The notes under the pieces: model-generated
What the model saw: the letters and a program-made list of their open reading frames with translations, nothing else
What the model was told of the DNA's origin: nothing
Database searches by the model: none
Translations under genes and position numbers: made by a program
Assembly: GCA_964035545.1 (NCBI GenBank)
Contig: OZ037768.1
Span: 4,248,741 to 4,312,740 of the forward strand
From: Bugula neritina
Taxonomy: Eukaryota > Animalia > Bryozoa
Direction of reading: 5' to 3'
DNA: 64,000 bases
Part shown: positions 36,111 through 50,100 of the stretch, piece by piece
How positions within the stretch are numbered: position 1 is the first letter of the stretch
How the letters are laid out: each line of letters begins with the position of its first letter

Positions 36111-38134
36111 CATGATTATACTTGTGTAGATATACTGAGTTACCAGTAGTAGAAACTAGATTCATAGTGATGAATAGAAATCACTAATAATTGATACAAT
36201 AAAAAAACGCTAAATTATGACAATATTGATGAGGTTTACAGTTCATTTTAAAGTTTATAGTACCTTATAGTTTATAACACCTTAGCAGTAATGTATACAG
36301 CCATAGTGTATATCACTGTATGCAGTAAGTTATAAATGATGTAATAGGAAGTCCTGTTGCATTACACTGTTGATGGACATGTATTTATTTTACTAGTCTT
36401 TTGTCAAAGGTGGCAGTTTACAGCATTGCCTGAAACTAACCACATTGAAACTATGAAACTATTGGTAGTGTACATGTCAAACACCTCAATGTCATTTACA
36501 TTATTATTTTAGTATCGATTTCACTATATTTATTCTTTGGAGTCATTTTCTTGAATACCTATTATGCCAGTGTCTTTTATGCAACATGAACAGCATGAAA
36601 TACAGCACACAGTCTTGCATTGTTATACCCGTACATATCTTGTATGGCATATTTGCATATCTAGTTTGACAGAACTTCTATTTGCTAATAACCAAACACC
36701 CTAAGGCTCTTTTCATAATATTTATTTTAGTCACAAATCACTGCTTCTTCAAATAATGATACTATATTTTAGAGTCTGAGGAAAAGAAGAGATTTGATTG
36801 CCATGAAAATTTATCTCACCATGTTTCCTGTTTTACTGTAACTAAGAGTCATTAGTTATTAGCAGTTTTCATGTCTTTTCCTCTTATTTTTCTACTGGTT
36901 AGAAACTTATTTTTGTATTATTAGTTTTATTTTATTAGTATTTTTCATAACTGTGATATAATGTATTTGCAGTTTTGTACAGTTGAACAAAACTCCTAAG
37001 AATCCTCTTCTGAACGTTGTTATATTTTGTAAAAGTATATTGCTTCAGTTAAGCTACTATTTTAATACAAACATGGATGCTCACGTTTATTTTTTCCTAA
37101 AGTAACTCGGACATATAACTTATACGCTGCTTTGTTTAACATTGATTTTTATTAAGAGTCATGCTTAGTATATAATTTGTGCTATATTTTTGTAACATAC
37201 AGAAATATTTGTGTTATATCAGTTTAGCTCTTTACTTTGGCATATTTCAATTAAAAGTAAATCTACAAGTTGCCAATCGACGCGAGTTTATTCTATGTTT
37301 TTAGTCCCATGACGTTATATTTGAAAATATTTTTGCTATGACCTTGTGTTGTTGAAACAATCTCTTTTTATGACTTTCTGCATAATTCCGTCATTAAAAC
37401 ATGATCTTTTTTCAATGTTGAAATTGAAATATTATTTGCTCAAAAGAAAAACATGTTAATATTTATTGAAAATTATGTTGTTTTTTGCATTGAATATTTT
37501 CAGCATCTTTAAAATGCATTCCAGTGACAAGAAAACTATTTTTTACATAAGATGTTTAAAAAAGCTTTTTTTTAAATAAAATTCGTTTATTTCACTTGAA
37601 CCAAACTAAACAGACTCTTATGTTAATTGGTGCACATCATTACATTACACTAGACTGACTCATGTGGTCGAAGTCACGTAACATGTGCTATATTCACACA
37701 TCACATACTTAGCTATCATAGATATTCAGTCTGCTTCATGAACACAAACATACTAAATCTACCAGGTAAATATGCTCGGACTGTCATACAACCCGATAAT
37801 CTTATCACTGTAAATTTTTTGGTATAAAAACCAGTATGTTACTGTGTCTTTCCCAATGCCATGGATGATGAATTATCATTTCCTCTCCAATATAATCACC
37901 ATTCATCCTAATCTGTCAACTTCAGTATATATGGCAACCTTACCAATTGCCTGTTGATTGGTTACAGTCGTGTTGAGCCATGTGTGAACTGCTACTTTCA
38001 ACTACTTATTCTGTGGGTCTACCAGGATTACTTTCATTCTACCATAACTTTGGTTGTTGAGAATGTATCACCATTATTAGTTCGATTGAAAGCTGAAACT
38101 TATTACATGAGAAGTTGGAATCTGACTGAAGAAC

Positions 38135-41100
38135 ATGTTTCCTTTGGTTATAGCCTATTTGATGCTAGTCAACCATTTTATTCAAGGTAAAGCCATTCCT
38201 GTATAAATGAACATAGCTAATTATCATGTTAGCTAGTAGAGATTACAAACTAGGAAATGTGTGCTGTATCTGCTATATCTAATAACTGTATTAGACCATT
38301 TGTACCATGTATCTACATATTCAACTAGCTGCTTATCTTCTTCTCTAAAGAGTTTACAAGGACAGATTTGGTCATTCTCATCAAGTCTATAATCATGTGA
38401 ACACTGATGGTATCAGTACTTCTTTTTCTTGAAGATGAACTGTAGCTTGCTGCTTTCAGAAAGCTCTTTTGGTTATCAGTTTAGATCTTCAACATGGCAA
38501 CTGAAAGCTAGTTTTTTATTTTCAATTCTGATTTATTTACAGCTGAAACATCTCCTTGACATCAGATCAGGAGTTCACTAGCTTGCACACCCTCACTAGT
38601 CTTAGTGATCAGTGATGGAGTGCAGCTCAATACTGTTCTCCTAACAACGGCCTACAACTTTACTATTCATGTATTGCAGGACAGAATATTCATGGATCTT
38701 TACCTCCAGATGCCTTGTCACATCTTCAGATGAGACACTTCGAAGGCTTCTTTAACAACCCTTCTCACCCAGAGTGGGGCTCAATTGGTAAGTTGTCCAC
38801 TGTTCAAGTGAAGGCTTCAGTCTTTACCAGCTCTTCGACAATTTGTTCACTGTAATAATACAGAAGTACAGTAGCTTCTGAGCTTACATGATACAGGAAC
38901 TATACTCTTTAACCTCAAGTTCTGTTTGATAGAATTTCTTAATTTGGTCTAGCCGCAATTATTTCATGCTCTCCGAGTGCTTGCAATAATGAATTTGTAA
39001 TTTTTTATTTAGTAAAATCAAGTTGTGGTTTTCTCCAAATGCTAATTTGTTCTTAAAAAAGTGACTTTCAAAATGCATTTCCTGATGTTGGTAAGACTAG
39101 TCAATAGTTTAGTAAAACATGTTACCTTTTTACTTTTACCAGATTTTTGTTATTTACTTTCAAACTGAATGGTGTATTATAAACCATTGGCAGAGAATAA
39201 TCAAATAAACTGATTCATAATCAATTTGATAAATTGAGCCATTGTCTTCTATTGATTTCTACTAAGCCCGTTGTGAAGGATATTGTAATCTAAGCTTTAA
39301 TGTCATAATTATCAAAAGCTCAAGAGGTGTGTGAGCCCAAAGTAAAGTCAAAGATGAACAGCAGAACATAGTCACTAGTTCCCAAGTAGTTGAGAGAGTA
39401 ACAAAGTCGTCTGCACAAATTTCAGGGACTCTTTAACTTCCTTGATGGAAATTTTACAACTAGTGCTATTAAAAATCTGTGGTTCCAAATTGTTTCAGAA
39501 AAACTTAAACTTTTCCTATAACTGAAAACCATTTACAAATAACCAATAGAATATTATCTTATTTACCATTTTCAAATTAAAACTTCTCAATAGCTAATTA
39601 TGCTAATCTGCAAGATACCTCAATGTCCAGAGGTTTAAATAAACCACAAGCTATTTTCTAATGTGTTGCAAGAATTGCTATAATCTGTGTCCTTAGGGGC
39701 ATGACCAATAACTTCCCATCGCTCTAGCGGAGCGTGATGCATGCATTTACCTCAAAACTTTGTTGCATTATTTTGAAATAGATATTCAAGGTTTTTCAAT
39801 TGTGCCTTTTTTAAAATTTACCTAATGGACTCTATCTTATTATATTGAAAAATATTTGCAAACGTAATTCATGCTTCTTGAATATCCAAGTTTTACATCA
39901 AGTTGATCAGTGTGTCTAAGCTGAAGATCCTACTGCTTCAGTCACTTGGCCAAGTGTCTAATTTAAAAGAAATCATGTCACGTGAATTACTCCACACACT
40001 GTAAGGATATCTCTGTCTTTCAAAGCTAGATAATCTCCATGTGCTTAACACTTATGTTAAAATAAAAGTTATAGTTTGTGATTTGATGAGTGTCAATAAT
40101 ATAGAGGGCAGTATGAAAGTGATCTAAGCTTTATTTGTAAGACTTGCATAGATAGGAATTAGCCTGGTGGTTACATGTAGAATATTATAAAGTTCTTTGA
40201 ATTTAGACACCCAGTTACACGCATGCATTTTCATTCATTAGTACACAACTGTCTTTCGTTAGTAAGTCTGTTAAAATTCTACCATAAAACTATTTAAGTA
40301 TATTTGTAGTTAGTTTATAAAATTGATGGTTAATGTTATCTTTAACTTTTAGCAATTTGTCTTAAATGTCAAATAAGTGATGTGATGCATATTATGGTGA
40401 ATCATATAAATCTAGGTGATGGGAGGATATTATATCCATACGCTAATCCAAGCTTGATTTTCTTTAGATCTTTAGCAAACTGTAATATAAACCGTACAAA
40501 GTGATTTAAGAGGCTTTTTTTATTGTCCTTACAAGTTCCTTTTTTATCTCTAGTTTCTATTTCATATATCTGTTGTAGGTCAGCTCATAACTGACAGCCA
40601 ATATGGCCCAGTATACTACTCAGATGGCACTAAAATGCTGGCTGGCGGACCAAATCCTCGAAAAATCACCAACAAGTTGATGCGAGGCCCCAGTGGGCAA
40701 GGCTCAGACGTGTTCACTGCTCTATTTCCTTTCTTTGGTAAGTAACTTTATCCCCGCTCTATCTCTGGCAAAGCCTTCTTCCTTCTATTTCAAAGCACTG
40801 TCACATCCTTATATGGGAGTTTGACTTCCTTGAATGTTTAAAACAAAAAAATGTTGAAGGAAACTTCAATATCTCAACATTTATTAGATAGCATGTGCGT
40901 GCTGATCCGGGAATCAGGTGACAGGGCAAAGTATCCAGGATTGATTGTGATAATATGCCCTGTCTGTGAAAAAGTGATTTATTTTATAATATTAAACAAT
41001 CTGGGTTACAGCATTGTTGGCTATTATTGTGTTGAGATATGAAAATCACTCATAAGAGGATTTCCTAGTTCCTGTAGAGTCTAGGTTTATTTTAACTCCT

Positions 41101-44100
41101 AGTTATGAAAACTTGAAACACGGAGTAATATATTATATGTTATTTAACAGAAAAAACAACTGGAAATGCAATACACTTTAGTAGAGCATACTTTAAAAAC
41201 AGGACATTGAGTTCTAATACTTATTCACATTGTTATAAGGTCAGTTATTAATGCGAGAGATCCTTGACATTGATGAGGCTAGTTGCCCGAGAGAAATCTA
41301 CGGTGTTGATGTCAGCGATGATCCGATATTTGCTGCCAACAAATCTAAAGAGGAGATGATTCTAATGCCAGTATATCGCACAAAGTATGACAAGGGTACA
41401 GGGAAATATGCCGGGAATCCCAGGAAACAGGTTTCTATTACGTTTCATATTTCTGTGAATTGTGCATGCCAAGTGTTGTGTTTGATGTTTTAGTAATTTT
41501 ATAGCCTTGTTTAGTTGAATTTACTCATTATGAGTCACAGTGGCACTGTGAATTTTGGCATAAAAAGAGAAAATCTCATTTAAGTAAAGTTCTTTGAAAG
41601 TTTATTTCCACATCATAATATCAATGTTCTCTTTGATTTGAATTAAGTTTTTGAAATTTCTTCACAACCAATCTTTTTTTTCAATTCCTAAAATTTGTAG
41701 ATTTATTGAATCTATTTAACATAAAAGAGTTGAATCAAAAAAAGGTAACTCCATGACACATAATGGCAGAAATAATGTTTTATGAATACATTATAGAGCA
41801 TTAAATGACACCTCAATTTGACTTTTTCTGGCAATTTTCTATTTTTAATCACAGTAGGCTATATCTAGTATCTACACAGTGTAAAACACCATACTGGTTA
41901 AAATTACTAACTCCCAACAAGCTCCTTGGTAATGCAAAAAGTTGTTGGTGGTAAATGATCTTTTACCTCTATTGCTTTTCTCTTATGAATTATAAACCAA
42001 ATTTGCACCAATTTAGGTGAACAGTGCAACAAGTTGGATAGATGGGAGTTTTATATACGGCCCCTCAGAGGTTTGGACAGATGCTCTGAGGCTATTTAAA
42101 GGAGGGTTACTAGATATGAATGACAGGGATTTGCCATCACTAAACTTGCGAGGGCTCCCATTGGATAACTACCCTCCTCCTCGTACCCACAAGCGAGTAC
42201 CACCAGCCAGCTTCTGGGGTAAGTCATGGTCATGTATCTCAATAAACTTCTGGAAGCTTCCAGACAACAATATTTGGTTCTTTATTTTATCTTTTATATT
42301 AATTACCACTTGCATTACTTTATATGCTCACAAATATAAAGTGTTTTGTTCATTTAAATACTTGTTGAAATGAGAACATTTTTAAATATCAACAGCTGTG
42401 GGAGACCGTAGAGCACATGAAAACCCTGCCCTCTTGTCCCTGTCTATCATGTTCATGAGATACCACAATGCCTTGGCCCAGGAGTATGCGACTGAGGCTG
42501 TGTCGGCGGGTAGTCCTGAACCTACCGACAAGGAGCTGTTTAGAAGAGCTAGAACTCAGACTATTGCAGTGCTGCAGGTAAAATCTCGTGACTATAAGAA
42601 CTTAATATTATTTGACACTTATGTGTATGTACGCCAAAACAGCACTTTAGAAATTAAATTAATGGCCACTATTTGATGGATAAAATTTAATTTAATATTT
42701 TTTAATAGTTTATTTTTAAATGACAATGACTTTACTAAATGTACTTTTGCCAAACTTTGTCTCATTTTGATTGTTGCAGTCAATAATTTTGTACGAATGG
42801 ATGCCTTTTCTGCTCAACAAGACCTCTGCAGAAGTAGCGTATAATGGTTACCAGCCCTCCGTGGCTCCTCAAATTGATTCATTGTTTGCAGCTGTCATCT
42901 CTAAATGGTCAATGACTCTTATTCCTCCTGGCATACCTATTAGGTAGGTGTTATGTAACTATTACTCAACTTATACCAGGCAATTCCCAGGCCAAAATTT
43001 CGAGCAAATTATTAAATTACTGATCTTTATTTGCTGTGATAGGAGATTTCTACTACTTTAAAGTTTAAACATTCAGAGACTTGTAATTTTCGTAATTGCA
43101 GATCAGAGACTGGCTGCGGAATGTCTGCTGATTCAATCAGATTGTGTGAGTCGTGGTTTGACGGGCAGAAGTTGATCAATGACTCTGATACTGACCGCTC
43201 TAGAGATATTATTCTAGGTTTAGCCTCACTACCAGCTGAGAAAGAAGACCATATCATTGTAGAAGATCTTTTAGGTATAATTATATGTCATTTGTTGATA
43301 AATATCTAAAAATCTACAATTTAAATAGCAATCTAGTTACTCAAACTTTTATTTTTCTCATAAAACTCTCTACATAGGTCAAAGTTGGTATGTTGGCATT
43401 ATTATTATTTTATTTTTTAGTATTCATGCTAAGATAAACTAAAATTTAATTCTAATTATTTCTTAAAACAATATTTTTACTTTTAAATTACTATTTCTAA
43501 ATAAAACTTTAGCTCATTTTGCCGTTAATGAGTCAGTAACTAATAGCCTGTTGGGTTAATTTGCTAACCTCAGACTTATTGTTAATAGATTACCACTATG
43601 GCCCCCTCCACTTCTCAAGAACCGATGCCGCCGCTGAGCATATTATACGAGGTAGAGACTTTGGTGTGAAAGTAGGGAAGCTGTACCTAGACAAAGATCA
43701 TATATACGAAAACCATACAGAGCTACTGGATAGTCTGAATTTCACAGTAGGTATATTACTTTTGCACAAAATGTGTGTAATTGGATTGAGAATTGCTCAA
43801 ATACATGCACACACATAAATATACACTATAATGTGTGATGTTGTTCCCTTGCGTAATAATGTATATATTATTTAGGAGCTGAGTGAAGTACATTGTGCAA
43901 TTTCCACAAACTTGTTTTAATTTAAAACGGAATAATGTATTTATAAATCTGTCAACATTTTTTATTTATTATATTTTATTGCAGGATGGTTCTTTTAAAG
44001 TTACGTTCAACTGCCATTTCTGCTATTTTTAAAGTCCAAGTTTTTCAATCTGTATACAATTTTTATCTTTGCATTAATTCTTTGAAAGTTATATTTTTTG

Positions 44101-47100
44101 TATGAATACCTTGAACGGCATTTAGCTAATCCAATGCATTCCAAAGAATTATCAACTTACAACAATTAGGTTTAATTTGAAATTTTAACTTATTGTATAG
44201 CAAAACTTTGTAACCAAAAATAAATTAAAGAAAAGTAAAAAGGGAAAAGAGACAAAACAAAAATACATAAACAAATATATGTAACGAATAAGAAGTAAAG
44301 GAGCAAAAGTCCTAATGTATACACAAAACATATTGGTTTTTCACAATCATGCTGATGGCTAATGAGCCCAATGTGAGAAGAAGCAAGCCTAAACGTATTT
44401 AACACAGTGATTTGAGGAGTTTGTGTTGGTTAAATTTAGATTTTTATTTTTTTCATCACTTTTCAACTTTTTTTGAATATATTATAACTGATGTACAATA
44501 TAACTGTTAGAAATTGAAATATGATGGTAAATACCAATATAAATTTTTGAAAGTCATACAAAAACTACTGTAATTGTTAAATATCAAATTTTAAAAGCAT
44601 TGCACAAAATATTGTAATTATTTTTACTAATTCTTACAAAAATTTTGTCTTTAGAGCGAGCAGCAAGCCCTCCTAGAAGAGCTCTATGAAGGAGACTTGA
44701 GCAAGGTTGACCTGTTTGTCATCGCGTTGATGGATAAGGACAATGAATCTGGTACTGCTCCGGGATATCTCGTCAAAAAGGTTATTGAGCAGCAGCTGAC
44801 ACGACTCCGAGATGCTGACTATTTCTGGTTTGAGAACAAAGTCAACAGGTAAGACACACAGTACACCACCCATCTGGTTATGTAAAGTTTTAGTTTGGCT
44901 CTAAGTCAATATAATTCTGATAGATGTGATCTTCTTGTTTCAAACATAATATTTATGGACAGAGTAAATAGACTGTTGATTGTTCAGCAAATCATTACAA
45001 ATAAAAAATGCATTTGTTGATAATACTATCATTCTTTGGAATGCAACACATTTAACTTTCCTTGACTATTCACAGATCTAACTTTTGTGATTTATCATTT
45101 TTTTAAGCGTAGTTTATGGAAGCATGCTGAAACATACATTTATTTAACTGGTTACCACAAAATATTTAGTGCATAAATTTTCTAAAAAATTATTTTTGTT
45201 TTGAAAAAGAAGTTGCAAAAATGATGCAATTATACATGATAAGAACAATCATTATTTTTTTGGTTATTAACATTGAATATACCTTCATTATAGTTACTAA
45301 ATTTAGAATATGGTATTCACAGATTGTTCACTGATGATGAAATTGACCAAATAAAATCAACTAAGCTGAGTGATGTAATTTCCAAGGCTTTCAAAGTAGA
45401 CAAGGTTCGTCTAGCAACAGATGTGTTCTCTGTTGAAAAAGGTAGGTTCCTCTAGTGGAGTAAAGTCAGCATAGGTGTGGAAGGTCACTGTGACAGAGTT
45501 TGTTCCTTGTAAACATACAGCTACATCCTTGTACAGAATCTTATAAAGATATGCTACCGTTTCAACTATTAATTATTGCATTACTTTTCTTTGTTTAGAA
45601 ATAGTATATTTTATAGCGAGAGAAGTTTGCCTGTTTCCTCCTCTCAACTCATCTAACCTTCCTCCGTGCTCTTCTATGAAAACATACGACTATTTTGCTG
45701 GCAATGAAGCTGCTTTTATCATATCCTGGATTTTTATTGGACTCTTTCCTCTCGGTTTGTTATAATCTTACTCCAATAGAACTTGCAAATATAAGCTTTT
45801 ATCTTTTTTGTTAGTATTTACATTAATTTGTATTCTGCTTTGCAGTTTATGTTTTGTTGAAATTTAACATAAAAACTATGCTTTCTTTTCATCACTATAT
45901 TATTTTTTACATAAAAGCGGCTCTAAAAACATGCTGTCAAGGGTTGTTTGTTGTTGCAGCTGTTATCGGCATGGGGTATGCGGGTTACACCATCTCTGAA
46001 CACAGGCGAAAGAAAGGACAGATGTTATACAAGGCGTCGCTCAACGCTTCTGCCTCGAGTCGCAAGGGTCCAGCTAACTCTAGGGAGATGCTGGACTCGT
46101 TCACCGGTAAGTGGTGCAGTGATTTTCTCATTAAATAACTTGAATGCATGGTTTTACTCGAAATTGAAAGGAAGCTCTTTATATCCCACATGTATATCTT
46201 GATTAGAATACATCTAATAAATGACTGATTGTTTCTGCATTTGTAAATTGAATTTAAAATTTGTGAAATGATTTCTCAGAGTGGCAGAATGGAAATATGT
46301 ATCTTCTCGGTAAGGCGTATTCCTTCCTTGTTGTACTCCTGTAACTATTTCCTCTGTCTACACCACACAGCTGGGAGGCTGGTAAAAGATGAACTGGTAG
46401 TTTGTAGCCAGTAGGGCGTTTATTCAATACATTGGCCATTCTATTTTGTGAATCTGGAAGTGAAATTTTTCCTTATCTGGTTTTATTGATAACATGACAA
46501 CCTTATTTTAAAGTATGCTCTAAACATTTATTATCCTGCGAAATGTTTAAAGGCTGAAACTGTGTTTTTAAGTGATAGGCCACTTATACATGCATTCCTA
46601 AGGCTACTTTCTACCAGTTCATGTTTACCGTCATTCTATTGTTGTCATCACTCACGTCTTGTGTACCTCCCGCACTTGTTTCCACTCTTTCTGTACAGTG
46701 ATTCACAACTATTTCCCTGTTTCTTAAACTGTTCATATGTTGAAAACAGTTACAATAGTTTTACTCACTATCAAACTGTTCACACTGTATTCTTCCCCTG
46801 GCACGATCAAAACATTTGCATAAGTCTGTTATGATTGTGAGATTCCTTCCCGGTAGTCCCTGTATAACCCAATGTCAATTTAGTCTTGCATATATACATG
46901 TACGTGTCAAGGACTCTTTTCTATGCACTCTGTTTTAACTTTTTTGGTTTTATTTTAAAAGATTTGGCATGGAATCAAGTGAACTTAAAATTCCAGATTT
47001 GCCAAGTAGCTCTAGACTTGTAATATTTGAAATTTGGCACAGAAAAAAGTTGTTTGTCTTTGCACTAAAGCAAAAATTTGCATTTCTGCATATAGTGGGG

Positions 47101-50100
47101 AATCGCAAAACTTTTAGAGTTTATTAATAACTAACTAAATATAGTAACTATAAGTCATCGTACTGCAATAGGATATTATATAGCACTGTCATTCAAACCA
47201 GGAAACCCTCCAGGTGATTCAGATTGTGAAGGTCGTAAGACTTCTGTATACTGCATAAATATCCATACCCCTAGGAAATCATTTGTTTCAACACAGCTGT
47301 GTTGGCCAGTGCAACTTTGAGTGCAAGTTGTGTTGAATCTCTAGATTCTAATAGACAACCTTCTATTTGTTACAAGTATAGGTGTTTCAAGCTGCTTGTT
47401 GTTTGATATGTTTGAATATTTGACAGTTATTTGATTTGCTGACACTTGATTTTTATATTGGAAACAGTATAATTAATAGCTGGGATCTGCAATTCTATTA
47501 TTTTCAACAAAAGCTTAAAGTTTTCAGATAATTGTCAACAGTTTAAGTTATTTTTAATTTTTTTATTTTTAGCAAGTGAATGGGTTGGTGAGGATGAGGT
47601 GAAGGAAGTGAGAATACGTCTTGATGACGCCAAGTATGTCTTATATGTGCAGACGGTTGAAGGGCTTCCTCTCCGCTCTGCCAACTTGTCAGTGTACGAG
47701 GTCCTCACTCTACACGTCTGTCCAAAGTCACCCTTTACTGTACACATTCAACTACCAAAGAGTTATGACCTGGTCAGTGGAATATTTATAGTGAAACTGT
47801 GTGAAGTCTTAGCTTAACCTTTTATATGCGATTTAGACAGTTTCCACATTGCTTTATTTCTTAGAATAGATTTATGTTTACTGGTTTGGTGTGTAAGCTT
47901 GGTGTGCCTAATTTTAAAACCACAATTAGTGATTAATTATGACTATTTTGATAACTGTCAAAATCTTTAGTAAATCAATATGCGAAGATGACTGTGATAT
48001 GCAGTTTTAACAGCTCCTCAAGTTACCATTTAGTCGTTATATAAATACTGTTTCTGCACATTAGTTTATAAAATGTTAAAAATGAGATTTAGTGAGAAGT
48101 GCTTTTTGACATGGTGTCAAAATTCACACAATTCAACTTCAGAGAATTTCAATGATCTGTTTACTGAATAATACAATTAACACAATATTATCTGTCACCA
48201 ATCTTGACGCTACCAATAGTTGCATTCAATTCTTTGAACTTATGTGCTATAATAAACCATAGCACTTTTAGAGCCATATACAATAGTATAATATAGAATA
48301 TATAATATACAATATATGATATGTAATATACAATAGTATAATATATAATGGTTATAACAGGTATATTTTGTTAGTCCTATTTAATGTATTTTAAACAGCA
48401 GCGTTATTATAATAAAATAGATTGTACATCTTGTATGTGGCCTTTTATACTCTGAAACCTTTTTTTGTAATAAAATTTATAATATGATTAAATATTTTAA
48501 ATGTTTCCTGTTTGCTTATATCATCCAGTTATAGTTTAGCTCAATGCCCAATCTGTTTTAGGTTCTGCGCTTCTCATCCCACGACCATTTACAGAAGTTC
48601 TGCTCTAAACTCAACACCTACGTCTATGACAATGGTAAACTCATGGTCAGGCAGCCAGCCTCATGGAAATCTATATCAAAGAAAGCCGTCACCAAATCTA
48701 GAAGGAAAGAGAACCTTAATTCCTTCTTTAGGAATGTCTTTGCTCAGGTGAGGGGGTGTATAACATGTCCCATTATTCTCTGCTAGATGAATGTCTGCAT
48801 TTTCTTATCACTAGATGATTTTTTTTAAGATATAGTGGCTATTAATACATATTATTGGTAAAGTGATACAGACCCCTGTGCTTGTTGGAGAAGGTTACAT
48901 GGTTATCTCAGTGGTTTCAGAGTATATAATTCCGCAATATTTCTGTTTCTGCAGGCCTTCCACAACTCTGATATGAGGTCTAGTGATGCCATGTCTACAA
49001 ACAGAGAGATCGTTGAGTTTGAGATATCAAAGGTACTCAATGCCGTCTCCGCCGTTTCCTTTCATATATTACAGTTGGTACAGAATTAGTGTGCATTCAG
49101 TATACATGCACTTTTCAGCAGTGACTTTGTACAATAGGCTTTTTTTCATTCCAACAACGATATCCTTCTTAACCCCACTCCATTCTCTTTAGCATATTGT
49201 AAAAAACCGTTCTGTCGTTTACATTGTCTAGTATTACATATTATAGAAAAATCAACTTTCTACCCACCGCTACTATAATTTTATTACAAGTATACGTGAC
49301 TATTTTTGCCACATTCAGGTTTTCATCTTCATTCTGTTTCCTTGGTACAGATATGTTTGCGTTCTTGAAAAATTATATCCATGGATGGATATGGATATAA
49401 CTTTCATGATTAAGTTTGAAGTACAGTGCTGTAGCTTTATTAACCACCCTTTCTAGAGTATATGTTTTTCATTTAGTTTAATAGTGTCCGTCCTGCCATG
49501 TTGATTCAATAATTTTAGCTATTGCCTAAATAATTAAATGGCATGATCATAAAATTTCACAATGCATGGTAGCACGCAGGCATGCATACGCAGGCGTGCA
49601 TACGCCTGCATACGTGATATTATGACACTCGCCTGTTAATACCACAGATATTAGTATTGCGCTACGTACTATTATGTGTATTAATTATAATTAAATACCT
49701 GCAAGACAAGCTCTTTGTGGTTGTGTTGTTATTCAGACATTAAGATGACTGGGAAGTCATAAATTCAAGTTGTGTCAGAGTGCAGTAGCTGTTCCTGTTA
49801 TGTCCTTTTTCATACTCCGACAATCTTCTACCAAGTTCTAAACACATTCTAATTAATTTCCATGTGTTATATAATTAGGAATAGACAATAGCTATGCATT
49901 TCACATGACACATCTTTATACATGAGTCATAACATGTGACTAAACTCTCTACAATGCCAACAGTATGTGCTCTAGCTAACAAGCATCTGATAACTATAGG
50001 CCTGCTACCTCCCTAGCAAAATATAGTTGAGGGGACGGGTGCACTTGGGCCCCTACTTTTTTGTATGGCAAAGTTATAGAAATCATGCTTGTAGAATGTC

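Noticed and set aside
36110-38135. Head-to-head DUOXA maturation-factor gene upstream of DUOX
   Set aside because: No DUOXA-like exons seen; that linkage is not expected in all invertebrates.
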